A stretch of 64,000 nucleotides of DNA, taken from NCBI GenBank assembly GCA_040289575.1, contig PSLL01000006.1:1-64000 (forward strand). Direction: 5' to 3'. The notes below the pieces were generated by a model. The model was not told where the DNA came from. It saw only the letters and a list, made by a program, of their open reading frames with translations, and made no database searches. Positions 48,586 to 59,145 of this stretch are shown piece by piece; position 1 is the stretch's first letter; the number at the start of each line of letters is the position of its first letter. Both the position numbers and the translations under genes were made by a program. The DNA comes from Candidatus Dadabacteria bacterium (lineage in GTDB: Bacteria; Desulfobacterota_D; UBA1144; Nemesobacterales; CSP1-2).

Positions 48586-51500
48586 CTAACGGGAAGCGTA
48601 TCTTTCCCTTGTCCTTCCGTTTAAACGAGACAACAAACGGGAGAGTGACAGACTCCCGACCCTTTTCTGGAATGCATCCATATATGTGTAAAAAACAGGG
48701 GTAAGATAAAGGGTAATTAGCTGTGAAAAGAGGAGACCTCCCACTACAGCAAGACCCAGTGGACGACGTCCTTCTCCTCCCGCGCCGAATCCGATTGCAA
48801 TGGGCAAGGCCCGCCATTGTCGTCATCATAATGGGGCGAAAACGTATAACGCAACCTTGGTATATTGCCTCCAATGTACTTTTGCCTTCTTTCCTCTCAG
48901 CTTCCAGAGCAAAGTCAATCTGCATAATGGCATTCTTCTTGACAATCCCTATAAGCATAATAAGACCCACAAAGCCATAAAGATTCAGTTCAACATGAAA
49001 AACGAGAAGGGTAAGTAGCGCCCCAAAAACCGCAGAAGGAAGCCCAGATAGTATGGTCAGCGGATGAATAAAGCTCTCGTAAAGGATACCCAACACCATA
49101 TAAATGACCAGTATGGCAAAGAGGAGAAGAAGCCCCAGACCCTTCAGCGATGATTGAAATGCCTGAGCCGTACCCTGAAAACTAGTATTAATGGTATTGG
49201 GCAATGTCTCCCGCGCGAGATTGTTGACCTTTGCTACAGCTTCACCCAGAGAAACCCCCGGTTTTAGATTGAATGAAATCGTAACAGCGGGAAACTGACC
49301 GAGGTGGTTAATTGTTAGAGGCCCCACGTTCTCATTCAATGTCGCCACGGCATCTAATGGAACTAGGTGGTTATCCGATGACCTTATATATAACCTAGAC
49401 AGGGTATCCGGGTCCATCTGGTATTGGGGTTCCAACTCCATAATGACCTTATATTGGTTGGTAGGGGCGTATATAGTTGAGACCCAGCGGTCTCCATAGG
49501 CGCTAAAGAGCGCGTCCTCAATCTGCTCCGCAGTAACCCCGTAGGTTGAGGCCTTATCCCTATGAATTACAACATTTACCTGGGGATTTTTAATCTGAAG
49601 GTCGCTTGTGACATCCTGCAACTCAGGCAGAGCACGCATCTTGGCTTCCAGAATCGGGACATAATGGTAAAGCTCGTCTGTATCCGGACCCTGTAATGTA
49701 AATTGGTAGAGGCTCTTTGTCAGTTGACCCCCAACCCGAATCACAGGGGGGTTTTGCATGAATACATTTATACCGGGAACCTTAGACAGCTTCGGACGCA
49801 ATTCCTCAATCACCTGCTCTACACTTTTGTGACGCTCTGAGCGTGGTATTAAATGGAAAAACATGACGCCCTGATTCGAACTGGTAGCAATACTGGATGT
49901 GCCGACACTTGAATAGAATTCCACTACATTTGGATCCTTTTGAACAATATCGGCCACAGCTTGCTGAAGCCTGACCATCTTGTCGAAAGAGGTTCCTTGG
50001 GGTGCTTCGGTAATGGCGAAAATCACACTCCGATCCTCATCCGGAATAAACCCCTTGGGGGTCATACCAAATAGGTACCATGTAATTACAAGTATAATTC
50101 CAGAGACCACGAGTGTAGCCAGACGGTGCCTTAGGACACGCTTGAGGCTCCACTCATAGCCTTTAAGCATACGATCGAAGAAACGCTCCGTGACATTATA
50201 AAAACGGCCGCGCTCTCCCTCTGACGGTGGGCGAAGGAAACGGCTGCAAAGCATAGGTGTGAGGCTCAGTGAAACAAAACCAGAGATTAAAATAGACACA
50301 CATATTGTTACTGCAAATTCACGGAATAATCTCCCGACAACGCCTCCCATAAAAAGCACTGGAATAAATACCGCGGCAAGCGAAAGCGTCATAGAGAGAA
50401 TTGTAAAACTGATCTCTCTAGACCCATCGAGTGCCGCCTGAAACGGCTTTTTCCCCATCTCCATGTGGCGGACAATATTCTCAAGCATGACAATGGCATC
50501 GTCTACCACAAATCCTATTGCAAGGATCAAAGCCATCAGTGAAAAATTATCCATACTGTATCCCATCAGATATATCACCGCGAATGTACCCATGACGGAT
50601 AATGGCAAAGCCAGGCTTGGAATCACAGTGGCAGAGATGTTGCGTAGGAAAAGAAATATCACTGCAACAACCAAGATAAGAGTCAGAACCATTGTGAATT
50701 TGACATCATTAATCGAATTAAGGATGAATTGAGAGCGGTCATAGAGGATATGCAATTCAACCGAGGGCGGAATATAGGGTTTCAGTGTAGAGAGGAGTTC
50801 TTTGACAGAATTTGCCACCTCAACCGTATTGGTTCCCGGCTGACGTTGAATCGCAATAACTATTGCCCTCTGACTCCCCTCTTTATTTACATACCAGGCA
50901 GCCGCCTTGTCTGTCTCAACGCTGTCAATGACCTGCCCCAATTCTTCAAGGCGCACAGGAGAACCGTTACGGTATGTAACTATAATTGGGCGATATGAGG
51001 CGGCTTTATAGAGTTGTCCGGTAGCCAGAATGGTAAACTCCCTGTCTGTTCCATAAAGGGTTCCAGTTGGCAAGTTCACGTTTGCACTATTTAGCGCCTG
51101 CTCTACTTCATTTATTCCTATTCCCTTGCTAGCGAGTATATTTGGATCAAGCTGGACTCGGACTGCGTATTTCTGAGGCCCGAAAATCTGGACCTGTGCC
51201 ACATTCTTAACCATAGATATACGCTCCCCTATTACGGTCTCCGCATAGTCATCCACCTGCCAGAGAGGAAGTGTCCGCGAGCTTATAGCAATATACAGAA
51301 TAGGTTGGTCAGCAGGATTTACCTTTCGGTACGTAGGAGGCTGGGGCATATTCTGGGGAAGAAATGGCGTTGCCTGAACGATTGCCGTCTGCACATCCTG
51401 AGCGGCGGCATCGATGTTACGGCTGAGATCAAACTGGAGTGTAATCTGAGTGGAACCTAAGGCGTTAGTAGAGGTCATGGAACTGAGACCGGCAATAGTG

Positions 51501-51721
51501 GAAAACTGCCTCTCAAGAGGCGTAGCGACAGAAGAAGCCATTGTTTCGGGGCTTGCACCGGGGAGGCTTGCCGTTACAAGGAGTGTAGGAAAATCAACAT
51601 TTGGAAGATCGCTCACAGGCAGGAGCTTATACCCCATGATTCCAAAAAGGAGGATCCCCAACGTAAGAAGGGTTGTCATAACAAATCGGCGGATAAAGAT
51701 CTCTGATAAATTCATAGACAC
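48586..51721 (-). pseudogene. MdtB/MdtC-like RND permease, frameshifted near 48811
   Basis: GFVVDDAIV, KKNAI and RFRPIMMTTMA, then the other frame reads ALPIAIGFGAG...PLGLAVVGGL to stop 48586; about 11 nt appear missing. Confidence 0.87.
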
Positions 51722-51993
51722 ATTCCTTCAATAAATTGATCTTAAATTCTATATAAACCCGAATGCCTCTGGTGCATTTCATATTAAAGTTGCATAGTAG
51801 AAAGGTTATGACCTTAATTAGCGATTCAAATTGGGCTTATGTGTAGTGGCAGTTTCACATCTACCCTCTATTATAGCGCGCAAATACAGGATTCGCTCTA
51901 AGCATATTTATCCAGTTAAATTTTCAGAAGCTATCGGTTCTTAACTCTACGACCTTTCCCGGGCCTTAAACCCTCTAAAAATCCCTCTACAGT

Positions 51994-53232
51994 TTAGTAT
52001 CGTATCTCTGATGATCCAGAACCATCATCCTGAGCCTTTTGAGTTCCACCTTCCGTTGCCCCACCTTTGATCTCCACTTTAACTCCCGGGGCAAGCCTAA
52101 GCTGGCCCTCGGTTACCACCCTTTCCCCCGGCTGAAGCCCATTTGCAATGACGACCTCCCGACCAAGGTCATTCCCTAGAATGATAGGGCGAGACTCAAC
52201 TGTAAGGTCGGGCTTAACAACAAAGACATAATTACCTTGCTGTCCTGTTTGGACCGCGGTAGATGGAACCACTACTGCATTTGGTTGTCTAGTTAAAGTC
52301 AACACCACATTGACAAACTGGCCTGGCCAAAGGGCCTCGTTTTCATTGGGGAAAAGCCCCTTGAGAAGTATAGTTCCTGTATTGGTATCTACCTGATTAT
52401 TTACAAATGTCAGTTCTCCGACGGCCGGATGCTCTCTGTCGCTAGGAATGATCGCCTCGACTTTTAACCTCTCCTCAGCCATATATCTCCTTATCCTTGG
52501 CAACTCCTGCTCTGGAACAGAGAAATCCACATATATCGGCTTAATCTGGTTGATAACCGCCAGAACCGTGTCGTTATCCTTGACCATATTGCCCTGATTA
52601 ACCATGAGTTTTCCGATTCGCCCATCTATAGGGGAATAAATATAGCAGTACCCGAGTTGAACCTTAGCATTCTCTACAGCAGCCTCATCCGCTTTAACCG
52701 TTGCTCTCATGGCTTCAAAATTCGTACGATTCTGGTCATAGTCCTGTTGAGAAACTATACCCCTCTTGAATAAGTCTGTATAACGACGGGCGTCTGCTTC
52801 GGCCTTTTTCATCTGAGCTATGTCTTTTGCCAAGTTGGCCTCAGTCTGGCTGAGGGCCGCTTTAAATGGACGGGGGTCAATCAAAAATATAAGCTCGCCC
52901 TTTTTTACCTCCTGACCCTCTTTAAAGTTGACCTCTACTAGCTGGCCTACAACCCGGGATTTAACCGATACAGTGGAATAGGCCTCCACGCTACCGATAG
53001 CGTGTATTTGCACGGGAATGTCCTTTTGAACTACCGTAGCGACTGTCACCGGTACAGCCTCGTTCATTCCGGCTTGACCCGGTTTCCCAGAGGGCCGATC
53101 GTGTCTACTAGAGCAAGACAAAAATAAAAATGATACAGCCATAAATAAACCGACACCCAAATGGAGAATCAAAGGACGCGATAAAGGGCACCGTATTCCT
53201 CGATCAATGATGAATTTCCCTGCTCCTATCAT
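51994..53232 (-). CDS. MdtA-like efflux periplasmic adaptor
   Basis: IDPRPF, SPIDGRIG, LWPGQFV and GERVVTEG motifs. Confidence 0.92.
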   Translation of the reverse strand: MIGAGKFIIDRGIRCPLSRPLILHLGVGLFMAVSFLFLSCSSRHDRPSGKPGQAGMNEAVPVTVATVVQKDIPVQIHAIGSVEAYSTVSVKSRVVGQLVEVNFKEGQEVKKGELIFLIDPRPFKAALSQTEANLAKDIAQMKKAEADARRYTDLFKRGIVSQQDYDQNRTNFEAMRATVKADEAAVENAKVQLGYCYIYSPIDGRIGKLMVNQGNMVKDNDTVLAVINQIKPIYVDFSVPEQELPRIRRYMAEERLKVEAIIPSDREHPAVGELTFVNNQVDTNTGTILLKGLFPNENEALWPGQFVNVVLTLTRQPNAVVVPSTAVQTGQQGNYVFVVKPDLTVESRPIILGNDLGREVVIANGLQPGERVVTEGQLRLAPGVKVEIKGGATEGGTQKAQDDGSGSSEIRY

Positions 53233-53252
53233 GATATAGCGACTCTTTAGCT

Positions 53253-53861
53253 CTAATTTTTTATCCCTTCGAGAAAGATCTTTACAAAAGTCTCAACTAC
53301 ATCCTCCTTTTTGATCCTCTTCTTTTTCTTTTCACCGAAGAGTTCTTTGACGATTATATAATTTGTCAACATTCCCATAAATGCCCGCGCTGCAAGAAAG
53401 GGATTTATATTCTTAAAAGCCCCGTCCGATATTCGCTCTTCAATATAGTCGGAAAGGACCGTCCTTAGATGCTGAACGTATGTATCAAAGAACATATCCG
53501 ACAATTCGTGCCCCTCAAGCGCACTGAAATGGAGCAATCTCAAAAAGCTCGGGTCCTTCTCCACACATTCAAACATCCTTATGCCAAGTGACCTAAAGAT
53601 CAGCGAATCGTCTTTGGTTTCTTTAAACGTCTCAAGCGGCAATTCAATCTTCGGGTCTTCTTGAATCTTTTTCTCAATAATCGCACCGTAGAGGTCTCTT
53701 TTCGTAGAAAAGTATCGGAATATCAGAGCCTCGTTCACACCCGCTTTCTCCGCAATCTCTTTTGTAGTAGTGCCGTTGAATCCCTTTTCGGCAAAAAGCC
53801 CAATTGCGGCCTCCAGTATTTTATCCCGTGTCTTACTGACCCTTACCTGCTCAATTGACAT
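53253..53861 (-). CDS. TetR/AcrR family regulator
   Basis: ILEAAIGLFAEKGF..TTKEIAEKAGV...IFRYF HTH. Start probably ATG 53861. Confidence 0.93.
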   Translation of the reverse strand: MSIEQVRVSKTRDKILEAAIGLFAEKGFNGTTTKEIAEKAGVNEALIFRYFSTKRDLYGAIIEKKIQEDPKIELPLETFKETKDDSLIFRSLGIRMFECVEKDPSFLRLLHFSALEGHELSDMFFDTYVQHLRTVLSDYIEERISDGAFKNINPFLAARAFMGMLTNYIIVKELFGEKKKKRIKKEDVVETFVKIFLEGIKN

Positions 53862-53884
53862 TCTCAACAATCTCTGTAATATAT

Positions 53885-53930
53885 TAAGTAATTACTTACT
53901 TACTTTACCACACTCTATCTAGGATGTCAA
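53885..53930. promoter_or_regulatory. Putative TetR operator overlapping the tetR promoter
   Basis: TAAGTAA-TTAC-TTACTTA (53885-53902). Minus-strand TTGACA(53930)-N17-TAAAGT. Confidence 0.75.
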
Positions 53931-54112
53931 AAAAGGAAAGATATATAAGGAGGACATTCAATGTGAGAGACATCTGATATGCAGATAAAGAAAGACCGAC
54001 CCCGGATATGGTAGATTGCTTAGATTTATATATAAAGGTTAAATATCAATAACCGAAAGACTAATAGGCCCCGGTTTTTCTAATAAATTTATCTCTAACA
54101 GAGGATAGACAG

Positions 54113-55627
54113 ATGAACGGAATCATATTTCTAGTATTTCTTTCCCTAGTAGGAGCCGACCAAACCCTCAATCTCTCCCTTCACGACGCAATTAGAATAG
54201 CCCTAGAAAACAACAGAAATATACAGATACAGAGAAAAAGCGTAGAAATATCACAGGGAAATATACTGACCCAAAAGGGCATATTTGATCCGCTCTTAAA
54301 TCTCAGTTCGTCCTTTACAGATTCTAAGACCCCCACGACAAGCGCTTTTGTCTCAAGCGGTGCCATCGATAGCAAGGAATTTACCGCTGGAAGCAGTATA
54401 ACAGGAAACCTTCCGACGGGTACGTTCTATAACATCCTTAATTTTTCCCTGACACGAACAACGACAAACAACCCAATTGTGTCTTTAAGCCCAAGCTGGG
54501 TTACAAATCTAGGCTTTGGCGTCGGTCAGAATCTCCTTAAGAACTTCGGGCTTGATGTGAACTTAACCCCTATAATTGTAGCGAAAAAGTCGAGTGAGGT
54601 TTCGGAGAAACAGCTTGAGCAAACAATCTCCGATACCCTTCTAAGTGTTGAAACGGCATATTGGAATGCAGTGGCTGCAAAAAAGAATCTCGAGGTTGCA
54701 AGGGCTGAGCTTGAGGTTTCAAAAACCCTCCGGAGTCAAAACGAGATTCAGGTAGAGGTAGGAACGCTTGCTCCCGTTGCTGTTACTCAGGCCAAGGCGC
54801 AGGTTGCATCAGACGAGGTAAATCTAATTACGGCTGAGAACAACCTTAAAGCCGCCGAGGATAGCCTCAAGAACATACTCACAATCCCCCTTACAGAGGA
54901 GATTGCCCTAACCGATGAGCCGACAACCGTTTTTAAATCATTTAATGAAGGCGATGTGCTTAAAGAAGCATTAGAAAAAAGACCTGAGATAGCACAGGCA
55001 AAGCTCAATATAGAAAGCAATGAAATACAAAAGAAGTTTGCTTCAAATCAGAGGCTTCCCAACCTATCCGTTCAGGGTATAGTGACACTTCAAGGTCTAG
55101 GCGGCAGTGAAAATCCGAATATTCTAGTATTTGGGGGAGGAAAACCACCCTCAATCCCGGAGCAATTCAATGAACCTATAGATGCTTTTACAAATCTGTT
55201 CGAAGGGAGATTCCCGGTGTGGGAGGTTTTAGGGGTTTTTAGCTTTCCCCTTTTTAACCGAACCGCCAGAGGGAATTATGTACAAGCCTCTGCAAGCCTC
55301 GATAGAAGTATTATTACACTTAAGCAGACTGAAGAAAGCGTTGCGCTTGATGTAAGGAATGCCATTAGACAGGTTCAAAATAGCTTGAGGAGTATAGAAT
55401 CGGCAAAGGTCGCGGTTCAGCTTAATGAAGAGCTACTGAGGCAGCAAAATGAGAGACTTAAGGTAGGTGTCGGGACAACACTGGATGTGATACAAGCCCA
55501 AAGAGATCTTGTAAATGCAAAAACCCAAGAAATACAGGCTATTGTCAATTATAATATTGCCCTTGCACAGGTCGAACATGCAAGGGGAACAATTCTACAA
55601 GCGAGGGGCGTTCAGATAAAGGAGTAG
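54113..55627 (+). CDS. TolC-family outer membrane protein
   Basis: LSLHDAIRIALEN, RPEI, LPNL and FPLFNR motifs; divergent from the tetR efflux operon. Confidence 0.9.
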   Translation: MNGIIFLVFLSLVGADQTLNLSLHDAIRIALENNRNIQIQRKSVEISQGNILTQKGIFDPLLNLSSSFTDSKTPTTSAFVSSGAIDSKEFTAGSSITGNLPTGTFYNILNFSLTRTTTNNPIVSLSPSWVTNLGFGVGQNLLKNFGLDVNLTPIIVAKKSSEVSEKQLEQTISDTLLSVETAYWNAVAAKKNLEVARAELEVSKTLRSQNEIQVEVGTLAPVAVTQAKAQVASDEVNLITAENNLKAAEDSLKNILTIPLTEEIALTDEPTTVFKSFNEGDVLKEALEKRPEIAQAKLNIESNEIQKKFASNQRLPNLSVQGIVTLQGLGGSENPNILVFGGGKPPSIPEQFNEPIDAFTNLFEGRFPVWEVLGVFSFPLFNRTARGNYVQASASLDRSIITLKQTEESVALDVRNAIRQVQNSLRSIESAKVAVQLNEELLRQQNERLKVGVGTTLDVIQAQRDLVNAKTQEIQAIVNYNIALAQVEHARGTILQARGVQIKE

Positions 55628-55633
55628 TGCCAA

Positions 55634-55954
55634 ATGAGCGAACGCCCTTGTCCTCTAATTGATTTTAAACACGTCTCTGTTAGTCGTGGAAACAGAACCG
55701 TTCTACACGATATAAGTCTCAAGATTTAAACAGGCAAGCACGTCGCCATCTTAGGACCAAACGGCTGCGGCAAAACCACGTTGATTAAAACCATTATGCG
55801 TGAGTGTTACCCAATAGTAAAGGACGGCTCATCTCTAACCATCCTAGGTCAGGAGCAGTGGAATATATTTGAGCTAAGATCAACGCTGGGTATTGGGTCT
55901 AATGACCTGATGATTGACTACATCGGTGAATTCAGCGGGAGGGAGGTCGTTATT
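55634..55954 (+). pseudogene. Truncated ABC ATPase remnant
   Basis: MSERP...VLHDISLKI*TGKHVAILGPNGCGKTTL...: Walker A present, in-frame TAA, no signature or Walker B. Confidence 0.8.
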
Positions 55955-56039
55955 AAAGAAGCTTGCGTAATATATGTCGAAATCAGTTTAAGTCATACTG
56001 TCTATTTTGAAAATAAATATAATAAGGAGGTAGAAATTA

Positions 56040-56801
56040 ATGAGACTCAATGGAAAGACAGCTATAATTACTGGAGGAGGAGAGGGTATTGGTAGGGCCA
56101 CTGCCCTTCTTTTCTGTAAAGAAGGGGCAAAGGTTGGAATTACAGGAAGAAACAAAGAAAAACTCGACAAGGTTGTAAGGGAGGCTAAGGGAAATGGCGA
56201 GATCGTTGCCTTTCCGGGAGATGTATCTAAAGAAGAGGATGTGAAGAGAACGGTAGATGAATTTATTAAGAGGTTTAATAAGATTGATATACTGTTTAAT
56301 AATGCCGGTGTCCTTGAGGTTGGAACCGTAGTTACAACCTCCGTTGAGGCATGGGATAAGATAATAGACATTAATGTAAAAGGCACTTTTCTTATGAGTA
56401 AGTATGTAATTCCCCACATGATAAAGAATGGAGGTGGCTCCATAATCAATAACTCCTCGGTTCTTGGATTCATTGGCTCTCCAAACTGCGTTGCATATAA
56501 CACAACAAAAGGAGCGATAATGCAGTTTACAAGGAGCCTCGCCCTAGACCACGCAAAGCAGGGAATTCGTGTAAATACGATCTGCCCTGGATTTATAAAG
56601 ACGAAGATGAATGAGGACTTCATTGGCAATCCCCCGGATGCACAGGAAAAGCTAGACCAGATAGCCGCACAGATTGTCCCTATGGGCTATAGAGGAGAGC
56701 CTGACGATATAGCATATGCCCTCGTTTATCTGTCAAGCGATGAGGCTAAGTATGTTACAGGCGCCCACGTCGTAGTAGATGGCGGTTGGACGGCCTATTA
56801 A
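56040..56801 (+). CDS. Classical SDR oxidoreductase
   Basis: TGGGEGIG, NNAG, YNTTK and VVDGG motifs; AAGGAGG RBS. Confidence 0.93.
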   Translation: MRLNGKTAIITGGGEGIGRATALLFCKEGAKVGITGRNKEKLDKVVREAKGNGEIVAFPGDVSKEEDVKRTVDEFIKRFNKIDILFNNAGVLEVGTVVTTSVEAWDKIIDINVKGTFLMSKYVIPHMIKNGGGSIINNSSVLGFIGSPNCVAYNTTKGAIMQFTRSLALDHAKQGIRVNTICPGFIKTKMNEDFIGNPPDAQEKLDQIAAQIVPMGYRGEPDDIAYALVYLSSDEAKYVTGAHVVVDGGWTAY

Positions 56802-56809
56802 AAAGATAT

Positions 56810-56836
56810 TAGGGGCGACCAATCGGTCGCCCCTAC
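56810..56836. repeat. REP-like GTAG-family palindrome
   Basis: TAGGGGCGACC-aatc-GGTCGCCCCTA(C), perfect 11-bp stem. Confidence 0.7.
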
Positions 56837-57023
56837 CCGAAATTAAAACATTTCCCCTCATTATGTGGTGAGTTATTGGTTTAACCCCCGGCTAATTCAT
56901 AGAGGGTGTCCCTACCCTTTTGACTCATTGTAGACCAGATTGGAAATAAGTAGTATGCAAGGGTAATCTAAAATGATTATCGTGGATTTGATAGGTTGAT
57001 CAAATTCAAGGGGTTTTATTGAA

Positions 57024-57926
57024 ATGGCATTAAACATCGCCTTACTGGTCTTCTTGGTTGTAACATGGGGATACTCATGGGTTTTGATGAAAATCGGATT
57101 GGGATTCATGGGTCCCTTTACGCTTGCAACGTGGCGATGTGCGGTCGGAAGTTTAGTTATGTTTCCGCTTCTCAAAGGGATTCCCTGGCCAAAGAGGGAA
57201 AAATGGCCGTATTATGTCGTGGTGGGACTCACTCAAACAACAGGGATGTTTGGGCTTATGCTCCACGGAATGAAGTTTGTCACAGCGGGAAAGACATCGG
57301 TTCTTCTCTACACTATGCCTATGTGGACGAGCCTTGTTGCCCATTTCTATCTCAAGGAAAAGCTCAGTGCCACACGGTGGTTCGGGGTTATAAGCGGCGG
57401 TATAGGAATCCTCTGCATTCTCGGATGGGATACTCTAGTAAACCAGAGTGCCCAGATTCTATTTGGAGAGTTCCTGGTTATCACGGGAGCGGTTTCATGG
57501 GCTATTGCAAATATAATAATCAAAAAACAATTGCCCAACGAGAACGCATATATGGTAAACGGCATGCAGATGCCTATAGGAACTTTGGGTCTTGCACTCC
57601 TGGCGCTCCCAGTTGAGGGGCTATGGCACATCAAATGGACCTGGGTATCCATTGGTGTCATCCTATTTACAGGTGTAATTGCCTCTACAATAAACTTTAC
57701 AATCTGGTTTTATCTTCTAAAAAAGCTAGATACACATACCGCCACCTCCGCAACAATGCTTGTACCTGTGTTTGGGCTTCTGTTTGATTGGATACAATTG
57801 GGCAAGACACTAGATACAGGCGTTATCATTGGCGGTGTATTCATATTAGCAGGAATCTATCAGGTGTCTAAACGCCAAAAATCGGATAAAGAGTATGGCA
57901 GACGTAAGGAAGCGGCTTCTCAATAA
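57024..57926 (+). CDS. EamA/DMT family transporter
   Basis: 10-TM pattern; WGYSW and YTMP..LKEK motifs. Confidence 0.92.
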   Translation: MALNIALLVFLVVTWGYSWVLMKIGLGFMGPFTLATWRCAVGSLVMFPLLKGIPWPKREKWPYYVVVGLTQTTGMFGLMLHGMKFVTAGKTSVLLYTMPMWTSLVAHFYLKEKLSATRWFGVISGGIGILCILGWDTLVNQSAQILFGEFLVITGAVSWAIANIIIKKQLPNENAYMVNGMQMPIGTLGLALLALPVEGLWHIKWTWVSIGVILFTGVIASTINFTIWFYLLKKLDTHTATSATMLVPVFGLLFDWIQLGKTLDTGVIIGGVFILAGIYQVSKRQKSDKEYGRRKEAASQ

Positions 57927-58758
57927 CATAGAAGGCGAGTTTTTTGTAGACTCGGCATGCATCAATTGCGATACATGCCGCCAGATTGCCCCCGAAACAT
58001 TTGAAGATGCAGGGGATTACTCGTTTGTCTATTCTCAGCCCAAGACCAAAGGGGAAAGACGGAAGGCGATGAGGGCGCTTCTGTCATATCCCACAGGCTC
58101 AATAGGAACACTGCATAAGAATAATGCCAGGGAAGTCATGGAAGATTTTCCTCTCCATATAGGGGACGAGGTGTATTACTGCGGATTCAATTCTCCAAAG
58201 TCTTATGGCGGAAACTCATATTTCGTACGTCACACCGAAGGGAATTGGTTCATAGACTCGCCGAAATACATAGGTCATTTGGTAAAGAGGCTCAATGAGG
58301 TAGGCAGAATTAAGTACATATTTCTAACACACAGGGATAATGTGGCAGATGCAAAGAAATATGCCGAAGAATTCGGAAGCCCAAGAATCATACACCGGGC
58401 TGAGCTATCGGCTCAGCCAGACGCAGAGATAATAATTGACGGTAATGAGCCAGTGCAAATTTCCCCCGATTTTCTGGTCATACCTACGCCCGGACATACC
58501 CGCGGCCACTGTGTGCTGCTCTATAAAAACCGTTTCCTGTTCACAGGCGATCACTTATGGTGGAGTAGAGACGATAAGCAACTTTCCGCATCCGAAGATG
58601 TGTGCTGGTATTCATGGCCTGAGCAGATAAGGTCGATAGAGAGGCTTCGGGACTTCACATTTGAATGGGTGCTTCCGGGTCACGGTCAGAGGGTGAAACT
58701 CCCCTTCAATTAGATGCGGAAAGAACTGACAATACTGATTAAAAGAAGTAAAGGGTGA
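57895..58758 (+). pseudogene. Ferredoxin-MBL-fold fusion protein, probably decaying (TAG at 58711-58713 before last 14 aa)
   Basis: CINCDTC, THRD, TPGHT, FTGDH and LPGHG motifs. The expected CPT reads YPT. The frame continues MRKELTILIKRSKG after TAG. Confidence 0.7.
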
Positions 58759-58770
58759 GGAGTTAGGAAA

Positions 58771-59115
58771 TCAATCTTGAGGAAATCGCTGAGAGCGTAT
58801 AAGACCGGAGAGCATTTTATCAATCTTTATAGTATCAATATCTTTCCAAGTTTTTCCCTCAATATATTTCAACCGCTTTGCTAAATCTATCTGAGTATCC
58901 AATTCACTAAGGGAACCCTAAGATATGTTAAGGAAATTGATGAATTCTTTTTTGGTATTTCTTGCGGCTCCTTCTGCAATATTGCTCGGTATACTAATTG
59001 CTGCTCTACGAATTTGGTCAACTAAAGAAAATTTCTCTTCTTTAGGAAATTTATCAGTTAACTTATAAACCTCAGTTACTAAATCCATTGACAACATCGT
59101 CCTTTTACTCCTCAT
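58771..59115 (-). pseudogene. Four helix bundle (23S rRNA IVS/S23-like) protein with in-frame TAG at 58918-58920
   Basis: FPKEEKFSLVDQIRRAAISIPSNIAEG...FLNIS*GSLSELDTQ...KMLSGLI. Confidence 0.85.
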
Positions 59116-59145
59116 CCCTTACTTCTTACCTTTCACCCTTTGAAA

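Noticed and set aside
48476..48810. C-terminal tail of the 1081-aa RND ORF as a novel domain
   Set aside because: It is out-of-frame translation after the frameshift; the true C-terminus is in ORF 48586-48807.
55781..56095. 104-aa ORF as an independent gene
   Set aside because: It is the post-stop part of the ABC ATPase remnant running on into the SDR leader.
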